The notes beneath the pieces were generated by a model. The model was not told where the DNA came from, ran no database searches, and saw only the letters and a list, made by a program, of their open reading frames with translations. A stretch of 64,000 nt of DNA from Bacteroidales bacterium. Its GTDB lineage: Bacteria; Bacteroidota; Bacteroidia; Bacteroidales; WCHB1-69. The stretch is taken from positions 1,944 through 65,943 of the forward strand of contig JAZLHE010000044.1 in assembly GCA_045616665.1 (NCBI GenBank), read 5' to 3'. The number at the start of each line of letters is the position of its first letter. Within the stretch, counting starts at the first letter, position 1. Of this stretch, positions 1 to 9,992 are shown piece by piece. The position numbers and the translations under genes were made by a program.

Positions 1-2261
1 TCTTCACGGAAATACGAAGCGGTATAGCCGTTGAAACGATTACGGACGTAACCGGCGGCAGTCGTTGAACTCAAACCGTTTTCTGCCAATTTGGTACGGT
101 CAAGTAATACTCGCAATTCAGGAGTGTATTCGTCACGGCTGATAACAACTTCCGTACAACCAGGAACCTGTCGCATACGATCGGCCACTTTGGCGGCAAA
201 ATCATCCGTGGTATTGAAATCATAACAATACAATTCTATATCTACCGTTGACTGTCCACCCATATTGCCCTGGCCGGTGGATACAGAATAGGAGTTGATT
301 TCAATATGCTTGCGCATAATTTCACGAATACCGTCCGAAATTTCCGTGATGGATTTGTCACGTTCGGTCTTCTTGCTTAATCTGATGTTGAAAGACAGCA
401 AATGAGTACCATTGTCACGCATTAAGCTGAAGGTGTTGTCTTCGTCAGGTTGACCTACGGAAAAGTTGACACGTCTGACTTCGTTGGGGTAGGCCTCTCT
501 GATTTCCTTTACCAGTTCGTCACCTAAGGCACGAGTGGTTTCGACACGCGTACCCATTGGCAACTTGACAGTTGCACTCAAACGGGCATTATCTTGTGTT
601 GGGAAAAATTCTGTCGGAATAAATTTGATCAGGATGCAACTTGAACCAAAAACGACAATGGCGATGATAACCACGGTCTTACGATGATTGACGCACCAAC
701 GTAACATAGATGCGTAAGCGTCATCCAACCAATTCAAAAATCTTTCAATAGGCGCATAAACGGCAGCAAACCATTTGCTCTTTTTCGGATTCTTTTTCAA
801 CATCAAAGAACAAAGCATAGGTGTCAAGGTCATAGCGGCCATCAGGGAGATGGCGATAACGATGGTGACAATCCAACCCAATTGCTTGAACAAGACACCT
901 GACATACCGGTGATGAAGGTCAATGGCAAGAATACGGCTACAATAACGAGTGTTGATGCCACGATGGAAAGGGAAACCTCGCTGGTGGCAAATACGGAAG
1001 CCGCTTTCGGGTTGGAACCGCGTTCGATATGGGTAGTGATATTTTCCAAAACGACGATGGAGTCATCGACGACCATACCGATGGCAATACTCAATGATGA
1101 CAAAGAGATGATATTCAGTGTGTTACCTGTAATCAACAAATAGATGAAAGAACCAATAAGGGAGACAGGCACTACCACGGCAATGATGATGGTGGCCCTC
1201 CATCGTCCTAAGAAGAAGAGTACGACAACGACTACCAACAACAAGATAATCAAGATGGTTTCTTCCAAACTGGCGATGGTGTTGGTGATGTTTTCGGAGT
1301 TATCTACCAAGATGTCCAATTTTACGTCAGCTGGAAGACTCTTCTTGATTGAAGGAAGTTGGTCTTTCACCTTTTGAGCAATTTCCACGGTGTTGGCATC
1401 GGTTTGTTTTTGGATGATGACCATAGCACCACGGCTGTCGTTGGTGAAAACCTCCTGCATACGTTCTTGCAGGGTATCTTTCACTTGGGCTACATCTTTT
1501 AAATAAATATTCTTATTGGAATAACTGCCTACCACGACATCTTCCATTTCGTATGCGTCTTCAAATTCGCCATCCACACGCAGAGTATAAGTCTTGGATC
1601 CTACGTCCATGATACCCAGGGACACGTTTCTGTTTTCTGCGCCCAAAACGCTGGCAATGCCTTCGATGGTGAGGTTGTAAGCCTCCAATTTGTAAGGATC
1701 GCAATAAACTTGGATTTCGCGTTGAGGTGCACCTGATATAGAAACGGCGCCCACACCGCTGATACGGCTAAGTGGAGAAGCAACTTTGTCGTCCAAAATC
1801 TTGTAAAGGGCCTGGGTGCTTTGGTCTGATTCTACCGAAAGCATTACGATAGGAAGGTCGTCGGCACTAAACTTGAACAAGAACGGCTGGTTGGCTTCGT
1901 CGGGTAATTGGGACGTAACCATATCCAATTTGTCGCGGACATCGTTGGTCTTTTCTTCAATATCCACGCCATATTCAAATTCCAAGTAGATGATAGAATA
2001 GTTTTCCTTTGAGTTGGAAGTGATGTGTTTCATATCACTCAAAGTGTTCAAGACATTCTCCAACGGCTTGGAAACGTTGTCTTCTATATCTTCGGCACTC
2101 GCACCAGGATAAACCGTGAAAACCATAATGGTATTACTGTCCATGTGCGGGAATAAGTCAACGGGAAGTTTGGTCAAGGAAAAAATACCGATAATGACAA
2201 CGGCAACATAAATCAGCCCTGTCATAATCGGACGACTAACGGATTTTTGATATAAACTCAT
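1..2261 (-). CDS. RND (AcrB/HAE1-type) efflux pump permease, C-terminal part cut by window edge
   Basis: Absent from the ORF track because it is open to position 1. My minus-strand translation from ATG at 2261 reads MSLYQKSVSRPIMTGLIYVAVVIIGIFSLTKLPV... and is still in frame at the edge (...ELRVLLDRTKLAENGLSSTTAAGYVRNRFNGYTASYFRE). Last gene of a tolC-MFP-RND operon. Confidence 0.9.
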   Translation of the reverse strand, partial: MSLYQKSVSRPIMTGLIYVAVVIIGIFSLTKLPVDLFPHMDSNTIMVFTVYPGASAEDIEDNVSKPLENVLNTLSDMKHITSNSKENYSIIYLEFEYGVDIEEKTNDVRDKLDMVTSQLPDEANQPFLFKFSADDLPIVMLSVESDQSTQALYKILDDKVASPLSRISGVGAVSISGAPQREIQVYCDPYKLEAYNLTIEGIASVLGAENRNVSLGIMDVGSKTYTLRVDGEFEDAYEMEDVVVGSYSNKNIYLKDVAQVKDTLQERMQEVFTNDSRGAMVIIQKQTDANTVEIAQKVKDQLPSIKKSLPADVKLDILVDNSENITNTIASLEETILIILLLVVVVVLFFLGRWRATIIIAVVVPVSLIGSFIYLLITGNTLNIISLSSLSIAIGMVVDDSIVVLENITTHIERGSNPKAASVFATSEVSLSIVASTLVIVAVFLPLTFITGMSGVLFKQLGWIVTIVIAISLMAAMTLTPMLCSLMLKKNPKKSKWFAAVYAPIERFLNWLDDAYASMLRWCVNHRKTVVIIAIVVFGSSCILIKFIPTEFFPTQDNARLSATVKLPMGTRVETTRALGDELVKEIREAYPNEVRRVNFSVGQPDEDNTFSLMRDNGTHLLSFNIRLSKKTERDKSITEISDGIREIMRKHIEINSYSVSTGQGNMGGQSTVDIELYCYDFNTTDDFAAKVADRMRQVPGCTEVVISRDEYTPELRVLLDRTKLAENGLSSTTAAGYVRNRFNGYTASYFRE

Positions 2262-2291
2262 ATCCTTCTGATTTTCAGATTAGTAGTAAAA

Positions 2292-3302
2292 TTATTTTTC
2301 AATGTCAACTTCCAAACTGTCTTTCAGTCTTGCCAAGCCGGAAGTGGCCAAATAAACACCGTCCTTGATGTCTTCGTTGAGCAATTCGTACTTGGTGTCC
2401 AAGTGACGTCCTAATTGAACCTGCTTGAAGAAAACGCGGCCGTTGTCGTAAACGTAAACATAACGGTTGCCAGAACCTTGCTGTCTGTAAATGGCTTCGT
2501 CGGGAACGACGATGTGGTTGACCATACCAAAGTTGATGGTTACGCGAGCATACATACCCGGACGAACGCGGCGATCACCGTTTGGCAATTGAATTTCCAC
2601 TGGGAACGTGTGGGTCGTACCGTCAATGGTGGGATAAATCAAGCTGACGTTTCCTTTGAAAACCTCACCGTCGTATGCATCAACGAGAATGTCCACCGGC
2701 ATACCGACTTTCACTTTAGTAAATAATGCTTCTGAAATGTTGATGAGCATCTTGACTGGGTTGATTTGCTGTACCTGAACCACGGGAAGTCCGCCGTACA
2801 AGTCTCCGCTATCATAGTTTCTGGCGGTGATGACGCCATTCAACGGACTAAGTAACTGCGTGTTTTCCAATAAGTTGTCGTAAGAAGTCTGGGTAACGTC
2901 CAGATTCGTTTTCATAGCGTCCCAGTCAGATTTTGAAACGCCGCCGACTTTGTAAAGTTCGTCAATACGCTTGAAACTGGTTTTCAAGTTGTCCAATTGG
3001 CTTTTGGTTTGCTTCAGACTGTTTTCGTTCATCTGCACCAAGACCTGACCTTTGGTAACATAGTCACCCACTTCCACGAAAATCTTGTCAATACGTCCGC
3101 CTGTCAAAGGTGCGATGTTGTTTACGGCCTCTGCTTGGATGATGGCAGTGTATTCGTACAACTGTTCCACTTCCTGAATGGCAACCTGTTGTACCTTGAT
3201 TTTGAATTTTTCATCCACGGTGCCGGTGTCGGCTTTCTTGTTAGAGCAGGCGGCAAAAATCATCAAACAGCCCATCAATCCGAATAAAAAGTTTTTTTTC
3301 AT
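2292..3302 (-). CDS. RND efflux membrane fusion (periplasmic adaptor) lipoprotein, HlyD/AcrA family
   Basis: 336 aa. Lipoprotein signal MKKNFLFGLMGCLMIFAAC. Adaptor-like barrel-sandwich/coiled-coil layout. Lies between the TolC-like and RND genes. Confidence 0.85.
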   Translation of the reverse strand: MKKNFLFGLMGCLMIFAACSNKKADTGTVDEKFKIKVQQVAIQEVEQLYEYTAIIQAEAVNNIAPLTGGRIDKIFVEVGDYVTKGQVLVQMNENSLKQTKSQLDNLKTSFKRIDELYKVGGVSKSDWDAMKTNLDVTQTSYDNLLENTQLLSPLNGVITARNYDSGDLYGGLPVVQVQQINPVKMLINISEALFTKVKVGMPVDILVDAYDGEVFKGNVSLIYPTIDGTTHTFPVEIQLPNGDRRVRPGMYARVTINFGMVNHIVVPDEAIYRQQGSGNRYVYVYDNGRVFFKQVQLGRHLDTKYELLNEDIKDGVYLATSGLARLKDSLEVDIEK

Positions 3303-3357
3303 TGTTTATATATTTTAATTTTTATTTCCGAAATTAATAAAGTCAAAGGTTAGGGGA

Positions 3358-4698
3358 TTATTCATTGCCGATTAAAGCGTCCAAAGAAGCTTTTGCCGTT
3401 AAATAGTTAAATAGAGATTGGCAATAGGTAAGACGAGTGGTGGTAAGCATCAATTCGGCGGCGTTGAGGTCAATCCAGGTGTTTAGGCCGACTTCGTATT
3501 GTTTTTGTGCGATTTCGTGTGTCTTTTCTGCCTGTAGCATTGTTTCCTTGTCAGATACAAGGTCTTCCAACGACTGCTGCATATCATTCAGGTAGCTTTG
3601 CGCTCCAAGACGAAGATTGCGTTCCACATCAAGGCGTTGGTCTTCCATATTTTGGATGTTCAGGTTGGTTTGTTTGAGTTGATAGGATGTGGCTGCCCAG
3701 GAAACGATGGGAACAGACAAGCCCAGACCGATGACCGAATACGGAAAATTGTTGAATTCACCGCCAGTGTCACCCATACCGTTATACATTAGACTTCCTG
3801 TAAAGGCCAAATTGGGACAAGCGGAACTCTTGATAATCTTTTTGGATTGCTGCAGTTCCTCGATTCCAAGGTCCAATTGACGCAAGGAACTGTTGTTGTC
3901 CAAACTGATTTGATCCAGCTGCGGAACGAAGGAATTCAAGATTTCTTCTTCATAATCATATAGCTCGCCGTCAAAAATTACAGGTTCATTCACATCCATA
4001 CCCAAAATGATCTTGAGTCTCATATAGGCTAAGGTGGTGGCTTTGGCGGCAGAAGTCACGTCGGGGCGCAAATTCTGTAATGCCACGTCGGAACGGAGTT
4101 TCTCAAAATCGGATACTAAGCCCTGATTGTACTGTTTCGTCACCAAGTCGTTGTTGGCCTTTGAATTTTCGTAACTTTGCAGCAGTACCTCGTGTCCCTG
4201 TTTCGCTACCAGATAAGTGTAATAGGCCTGCTTGATTTGATTGATCAACTCCAATTTGGAGGAACGGGCGGATTCCATAGCCAGTTCCACGTCCATTTGT
4301 GATAATTTCAGACTGGTCCACAAGGCTGGAGCAATGACAGGCAGTGACAAAGATGCGCCTACCGAATAGTTATGGTCTTTACCTACCTTGATATTCATAT
4401 CCTGACCTCCCATGCTCATAGCCATACTCTGTTTTAAAAGGGTGTATTGATAAGAGCCGGACAATGACACATTGGGGAAAAGTGACACAATCTGTTCTTT
4501 CTTGTATTCTTGTTTAATCTGAATGTCTCGTCCCGCAATGCGAATGGAAGGACTTTCGCTGAGTCCTATTTCAATGGCTTTTTGCAAATTGATGTGTACG
4601 GAATCTCTTTTTTCCTGAGCAATGATTAGTCCTGTTGAGAGAAACAGTAGGCTCGCAATCAAGCTGAATCTTGAAATTTTCTTGAGGTAAATTGTCAT
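3358..4698 (-). CDS. TolC-family outer membrane efflux protein
   Basis: 446 aa with a signal peptide and two-repeat OEP-like sequence. First gene of the efflux operon. Confidence 0.85.
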   Translation of the reverse strand: MTIYLKKISRFSLIASLLFLSTGLIIAQEKRDSVHINLQKAIEIGLSESPSIRIAGRDIQIKQEYKKEQIVSLFPNVSLSGSYQYTLLKQSMAMSMGGQDMNIKVGKDHNYSVGASLSLPVIAPALWTSLKLSQMDVELAMESARSSKLELINQIKQAYYTYLVAKQGHEVLLQSYENSKANNDLVTKQYNQGLVSDFEKLRSDVALQNLRPDVTSAAKATTLAYMRLKIILGMDVNEPVIFDGELYDYEEEILNSFVPQLDQISLDNNSSLRQLDLGIEELQQSKKIIKSSACPNLAFTGSLMYNGMGDTGGEFNNFPYSVIGLGLSVPIVSWAATSYQLKQTNLNIQNMEDQRLDVERNLRLGAQSYLNDMQQSLEDLVSDKETMLQAEKTHEIAQKQYEVGLNTWIDLNAAELMLTTTRLTYCQSLFNYLTAKASLDALIGNE

Positions 4699-4778
4699 TT
4701 TTATCTAAAGTTATATATTGTTAATATTCTAATTCATAAATATTTACTCTATATTTATAGGGCAAATTTTTGAATGTG

Positions 4779-4786
4779 CAAATTTA
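4779..4786 (-). promoter_or_regulatory. Bacteroides-type -7 box (TAAATTTG on minus strand) for the efflux operon
   Basis: The reverse complement of caaattta matches TAnnTTTG. It lies about 80 nt upstream of the tolC-like ATG. Confidence 0.4.
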
Positions 4787-4926
4787 CTGATTTTTTAGTA
4801 ATAAAAATGGGTAAAAAAACGATTTTCAATCAAAATGAAAAATACTTCAATGAAAGAGGATTTTTTGCCGATGAAAAATAAGTGGAAAAAAATTTACAAG
4901 ATGGTTCGTATATGAGGAAATATTTG

Positions 4927-4934
4927 TAATTTTG
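4927..4934 (+). promoter_or_regulatory. Bacteroides-type -7 box TAATTTTG for pyrG
   Basis: Matches TAnnTTTG, 20 nt upstream of the pyrG ATG. Confidence 0.5.
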
Positions 4935-4953
4935 CTGATTAAAATTTTATACA

Positions 4954-6561
4954 ATGGCTACAAAATATGTATTTGTCTCAGGTGGTGTGGTATCTGGCTT
5001 AGGAAAAGGTATCACGGCAGCATCTCTTGGTCGTCTATTGAAATCACGTGGCGTGAAAGTGACCATGCAAAAATTGGATCCTTATCTGAATATGGATCCC
5101 GGAACGATGAACCCTTATCAGCACGGTGAAGTTTTTGTTACGGAAGACGGTGGCGAAACCGATTTGGATATCGGTCATTACGAACGGTTCATAGACGAGA
5201 GTCTGAGCAAATATTGCAATGTTACGGCTGGGAAAGTATATTATCAGGTCATCGACAACGAGCGAAACGGTGCCTACGCGGGTTCTACCATTCAGATGAT
5301 TCCTCATATTACCAATATGATCAAGGATAAAATCCGCCTGAATGCGCAATCCAACAATGCTGAAGTGGCTATCGTGGAAATCGGCGGTACCGTGGGCGAT
5401 TACGAAAGTTTGCCATTTTTGGAAGCCATCCGCCAATTTTCCAGCGAGGAAGGCTACGACAATTGTATGTACATTCACGTGGCGCTGATTCCATTCATCA
5501 CGCCGAGCAACGAGTTGAAGACCAAACCGGCACAGCACAGTGTGAAAGAACTGTTGAGCTTGGGTATCCAACCCGATATTCTGGTCTGTCGCTGCGACCG
5601 TCCCCTTGGAAAGGACATCAAGCAGAAATTGTCGCTGTTCTGCAACGTGAAGCTTGAATGCGTTGTCGAAAATACGAATATGCCGTCTTTGTACGAAGTG
5701 CCATTGGCTTTGGAAGAAGAAGGCTTGGCCGAGCAGGTGATTAAGCGTCTGAAGATTCAGTGTCAGGAAAAGAATCTTCAGGATTGGGAAGATATGGTGA
5801 ATCGTAGCAAAAAATTGTCTCATCATAGCAAAATCGGACTGGTGGGCAAGTATATTGAATTGCAAGATGCCTATATCAGCGTAGTGGAAGCTTTGAAACA
5901 TGCTTCAATTTATAACGATACCAAATTGGAAATCAAGTGGATTGATTCGGAAGATATTACCGAAAAGACCGCCGGCACCTTGTTGAATGATGTGGATGCC
6001 ATTATCATCCCTGGCGGCTTTGGATCTCGTGGCGTCGAAGGAAAAATCAATGCGGCCCGCTTTGCCCGTGAAAACAAAATTCCTTATCTCGGTTTGTGTT
6101 TGGGTATGCAAATCGCCATCATCGAATTTGCCCGCCATATTTGTAAGTTGGATAAAGCCAACAGCAAGGAAATCGATTCCAACACGCCTTATCCGGTCAT
6201 CGATTTCTTGCCTGGACAAAATGAATATAGTATGCTGGGTGGAACCTTGCGCCTCGGTAAATATCCTTGTAAGTTGAAAAAAGGTACGAAGGCTTACGAA
6301 GCATACGGCGAAGAGATGATTTCAGAACGTCACCGCCATCGCTATGAAGTGAATAATGATTATCGTGAAGTGCTTTCTCAAAACGGTATGGTGTTCTGTG
6401 GCACTTCTCCCAACGACAGCATCGTGGAGATGATTGAACTGCCCGATCATCCTTGGTTCGTGGCTTGCCAATTCCATCCGGAGTTGAAATCTCGACCCAA
6501 TCGTCCGCATCCGTTGTTTATGGGCTTTATGAAAGCCGCGGTTCAGTTTGCGAAAAAATAG
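4954..6561 (+). CDS. pyrG: CTP synthase
   Basis: 535 aa. N-terminal [10 protein letters not shown] synthase motif and C-terminal GATase GLCLGMQ ... HRHRYE. Confidence 0.97.
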   Translation: MATKYVFVSGGVVSGLGKGITAASLGRLLKSRGVKVTMQKLDPYLNMDPGTMNPYQHGEVFVTEDGGETDLDIGHYERFIDESLSKYCNVTAGKVYYQVIDNERNGAYAGSTIQMIPHITNMIKDKIRLNAQSNNAEVAIVEIGGTVGDYESLPFLEAIRQFSSEEGYDNCMYIHVALIPFITPSNELKTKPAQHSVKELLSLGIQPDILVCRCDRPLGKDIKQKLSLFCNVKLECVVENTNMPSLYEVPLALEEEGLAEQVIKRLKIQCQEKNLQDWEDMVNRSKKLSHHSKIGLVGKYIELQDAYISVVEALKHASIYNDTKLEIKWIDSEDITEKTAGTLLNDVDAIIIPGGFGSRGVEGKINAARFARENKIPYLGLCLGMQIAIIEFARHICKLDKANSKEIDSNTPYPVIDFLPGQNEYSMLGGTLRLGKYPCKLKKGTKAYEAYGEEMISERHRHRYEVNNDYREVLSQNGMVFCGTSPNDSIVEMIELPDHPWFVACQFHPELKSRPNRPHPLFMGFMKAAVQFAKK

Positions 6562-6577
6562 TTTAAATAGAGTGAAT

Positions 6578-6612
6578 ATAGGCAGGGTTAATCCTGCCTA
6601 TTTGCTCGTTTT
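6578..6612 (+). terminator. Rho-independent terminator candidate after pyrG
   Basis: Hairpin ataggcagg/gttaat/cctgcctat followed by a T-rich tract. Confidence 0.5.
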
Positions 6613-6692
6613 TCGGACCGATGTTGCCTTCAATAATTCGTTCTGAAAAAATTAATTTTTTATGTTAAAAAAGGTTACTTGCTTAGTCTGAA

Positions 6693-7877
6693 ATGAAAAA
6701 GGTCGTCATACAGAAAGGAAAGGAAAAGTCGTTGCAAAGGTTTCACCCTTGGATATTTTCCGGAGCTATTGCCCGAAAAGATAGTGGAATCGCCGAAGGT
6801 GAAGCGGTGGAAGTCTTTGACGCCCACGATAATTTCCTGGCAATTGGCCATTATCACACCAGTTCTATTGCCGTCCGAGTTTTCAGTTTCGACAGGGTGG
6901 AGGTGAACCGCGACTTTTGGAAACGCAAAATTGAACGGGCCGTTGCTTATCGCAAGATGATTTATCTTTTTGAAAATCCAAATACGACCTTGTTCCGATT
7001 GATAAACGGCGAAGGCGATGGTATGCCCGGACTCATTGCCGATTGGTATGCCGGTCATCTGGTGCTGCAATTCCATTCGTACGGGATGTACCTGATGCGA
7101 GAACTGCTGGTGGATATTTTTAAGGAAGTGCTGGCCGACCGCTTGAAATCGATTTATAACAAGAGTGCAACCACACTTTCTGAATCCAATGCCTTTGTGC
7201 CGTCCAATGAATTGCTTTATGGCAGTTTGGATGATGAGGTGCTGGTGCACGAAAATGGAGTTCCTTTTTATATTGATATTCCTCAAGGACAAAAAACGGG
7301 TTTCTTTATCGATCAGCGGGATAACCGGAAAATGGTTGGCGAGTTCTGTCGCGGCAAGAAAGTGCTTAACCTGTTCTGCTATACCGGTGGTTTTTCTGCC
7401 TACGCGTTGCAGGGTGGAGCAGAATTGGTTCATTCGGTAGATATCTCTAAACGTGCCATTGAACAAACCAATGAAAATATCGCTTTGCTGGGTGGCTTGT
7501 CTCAACATCACGAGGCCTTTGCCGCCAATGTGTTTGATTTTATTGAAGAGATGCCCGACCATTTCTACGATGTCATTGTGGTGGATCCGCCTGCTTTCGC
7601 AAAACATTATAAGGTAAAAGAGCAAGGCATTAAAGGTTACCGTAATATCAACAGGAAGGCGATGGAAAAGGTGAAACCCGGCGGAATGATTTTTACCTTT
7701 TCGTGTTCGCAAGCCATTTCCAAGGAGGATTTTCAGACGATTATCTTTTCTGCCGCGGCTATGGAACATAAAAATATTCGAATAATCAAGAACTTACAAC
7801 ATGCTTTGGACCATCCTGTCAATATTTTCCATCCTGAAGGAAGCTATTTGAAAGGTATGGCCTTGAGTATTGAATAA
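6693..7877 (+). CDS. Class I SAM-dependent rRNA (m5C) methyltransferase, RlmI-like (PUA + MTase)
   Basis: 394 aa. N-terminal PUA-like region, LNLFCYTGGFS SAM-binding region, and VVDPPAFAK catalytic motif. Confidence 0.8.
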   Translation: MKKVVIQKGKEKSLQRFHPWIFSGAIARKDSGIAEGEAVEVFDAHDNFLAIGHYHTSSIAVRVFSFDRVEVNRDFWKRKIERAVAYRKMIYLFENPNTTLFRLINGEGDGMPGLIADWYAGHLVLQFHSYGMYLMRELLVDIFKEVLADRLKSIYNKSATTLSESNAFVPSNELLYGSLDDEVLVHENGVPFYIDIPQGQKTGFFIDQRDNRKMVGEFCRGKKVLNLFCYTGGFSAYALQGGAELVHSVDISKRAIEQTNENIALLGGLSQHHEAFAANVFDFIEEMPDHFYDVIVVDPPAFAKHYKVKEQGIKGYRNINRKAMEKVKPGGMIFTFSCSQAISKEDFQTIIFSAAAMEHKNIRIIKNLQHALDHPVNIFHPEGSYLKGMALSIE

Positions 7878-7893
7878 TTATAATCTTCACCTG

Positions 7894-9942
7894 ATGAAAT
7901 TTGCTAATCCTTTGTTTCTGATTGCTTTAAGCGCTGTCTTGATCCCGATTATCATCCATCTTTTTAATTTTAGAAGATACAAGACGGTTTATTTTTCCAA
8001 TGTTAAAATGTTGGAAGATGTGTTGCTTAAGACAAAGAAGGAATCCCGACTGCAACAATATATTGTGTTGGCATTAAGAGTGTTGGCTATCGCAGCCTTG
8101 GCTATCGCCTTCGCACAGCCGTTTATTCCGAAAAATAATCTCAGTAGTCATAAGGGTAATGTGGTGACGATTTTTGTGGATAATTCATTTTCAATGGATG
8201 CCAATTCCAAGGACGGAACTCTGCTCTATGACGCGGTGGAAGCAGCCAAAAATGTGGTCAATGCTTTTTCATACACTGATGATTTTGTATTGACAACGCA
8301 GGATTTTTCTTCAAAAGAGTCCCATATCTTAAATAAAGATGAAATTTTGTCGATGTTGGATGATATCCAGCCGTCGGCACAAAGCCATACAATGGATGAA
8401 ATAGTTGCTTTCGCACAAAATACGGCTTCCTATTCGCATAAATTAAATCATATCAATTATTTTATTTCTGATTTTCAGAAAAATGCTTTCGATGCTGCTG
8501 CGTTGAAAAGAGATTCTCTGAATCGCAATTTTTTGATTCCGATAGAAGTGAGGCATACCGATAATGTCTCCATCGACAGTTGCTGGTTCTTGACGCCAGT
8601 GTTTAATGTGGGACAAAACGTCACGCTTACGGTGAGAATCCACAATTACGGTACGACGGATGTGAATAAGTTGCCGCTCAAACTGTATGTCAATGATGAG
8701 CAAAAGGCGCTGGCAGCAGTGGATGTGAAGGCGGAAAGTTATGCCGATTATCAGATGAACTATACGATAACCGGGGATGGAGTTCAGTGCGGTGTGGTGC
8801 GGATAGAAGACAGTCCTATTGTTTTCGACGATGAGCTTTTCTTCGTTTATACCGTGGCTTCTGCCAATAACATTATTGTGGTGAATGCCAAGGAAAATCG
8901 TTATCTGAAGGCAATGTACGGTTTGGATTCCCTGTTCGTTTATCAGGAAATGAATGAAAAACGAGTCAACTATTCGCAATTTAAGACTTGTAATCTTTTG
9001 GTTCTGGACCAGCTTCAAAGGATTTCTTCGGGAATGGCCTCTGAAGTGGAAAAATATGTCAACGCAGGTGGAACTTTGCTGGTTTTTCCCGCTGAAGAGA
9101 TGGATGAGTCGGTCAATGGCTTCTTGGCTCAGTTGGGTGTAGGTCAGTATGGAAAGTTGGTTCAAACCAAGATGAAAGTGGGAAAGGTTAATTTGGAGAG
9201 TGTTTATTTCAGCGGAGCGATACAATCTTCTTCCGAAAGAATGACGATGCCAATGTTGACACAGTATTTCCCTATTGTCAGCACTGCCGGTACTACAGCG
9301 ATGGAAGAGGTAATGTCCTTGGAAAACGGAAGTCCGTTTTTAACTTCTTATCCTTGTGGTCAAGGACGTGTTTTGCTGTCTGCCGTGCCGTTGAGCGACC
9401 AGTTTGGTGATGCCCAGCGCAATGCCATCGTCTTCGTTCCGCTGCATAATGCCGCCATTATGAATGTCAAGCAGAACCGTCTGTATAATGTACTGGGTCG
9501 CGATGAGCAAGCGGCAGTACCCAATCAGTACACCTCGGGCGAAAAGGTGTTCTCGCTGAAATCGCAGGACAAATCTATTGATTTTATTCCTGAACAGCGT
9601 CCTTTGGGCAATGAAATTATGTTGTATTTCCATTCACAGATCACAAAATCTGGAATTTATGACGTCTTTTTAGATGATGTGAAGATCACTTCCTTGGCAT
9701 TCAATTTCAACAGAAATGAATCCGATTTGGATTATTATGATGCAGGTGATTTGAAGGATTTGGTGGGTGATGATGTGCAGGTTTTGGATGCTCAGACTAA
9801 GGATTTATCCAAGAACATTGCAGATAGTTTTAATGGCATTCCGTTATGGCGTTATTTTGTTTTGTTTGCCTTGTTGTGCATCATCGCGGAAATCTGTGTG
9901 TTGCGTTTTTGGAAAGTTTCCGCTAAAGTCGAAACCAAATAA
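7894..9942 (+). CDS. BatA-like N-terminal double-TM domain membrane protein
   Basis: Start chosen at MKFANPLFLIALSAVLIPIIIHLFNFRR, the typical aerotolerance-operon BatA-type N-terminus. A C-terminal TM helix is present. The rest is uncharacterised. Confidence 0.6.
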   Translation: MKFANPLFLIALSAVLIPIIIHLFNFRRYKTVYFSNVKMLEDVLLKTKKESRLQQYIVLALRVLAIAALAIAFAQPFIPKNNLSSHKGNVVTIFVDNSFSMDANSKDGTLLYDAVEAAKNVVNAFSYTDDFVLTTQDFSSKESHILNKDEILSMLDDIQPSAQSHTMDEIVAFAQNTASYSHKLNHINYFISDFQKNAFDAAALKRDSLNRNFLIPIEVRHTDNVSIDSCWFLTPVFNVGQNVTLTVRIHNYGTTDVNKLPLKLYVNDEQKALAAVDVKAESYADYQMNYTITGDGVQCGVVRIEDSPIVFDDELFFVYTVASANNIIVVNAKENRYLKAMYGLDSLFVYQEMNEKRVNYSQFKTCNLLVLDQLQRISSGMASEVEKYVNAGGTLLVFPAEEMDESVNGFLAQLGVGQYGKLVQTKMKVGKVNLESVYFSGAIQSSSERMTMPMLTQYFPIVSTAGTTAMEEVMSLENGSPFLTSYPCGQGRVLLSAVPLSDQFGDAQRNAIVFVPLHNAAIMNVKQNRLYNVLGRDEQAAVPNQYTSGEKVFSLKSQDKSIDFIPEQRPLGNEIMLYFHSQITKSGIYDVFLDDVKITSLAFNFNRNESDLDYYDAGDLKDLVGDDVQVLDAQTKDLSKNIADSFNGIPLWRYFVLFALLCIIAEICVLRFWKVSAKVETK

Positions 9943-9992
9943 CCTCATTTGAAAATTAGTGATTAAATTAAGTTAACATATTGATAATTAGT

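Noticed and set aside
775-1377. Two plus-strand ORFs (122 and 77 aa) at the left edge
   Set aside because: They are antisense to the RND permease, which is missing from the ORF track only because it runs off the window.
5044-5901. 285-aa ORF antisense to pyrG (and similar antisense ORFs inside guaA, PBP1A, the TonB receptor, hutH, cstA and the HExxH gene)
   Set aside because: All lie fully inside confidently identified genes on the opposite strand. They are frequent in the GC-richer genes simply because stop codons are rare there.
6675-7769. 364-aa minus-strand ORF antisense to the RlmI-like methyltransferase
   Set aside because: The plus-strand product has clear PUA/MTase motifs (DPPAFAK). 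The antisense product has no recognisable features.
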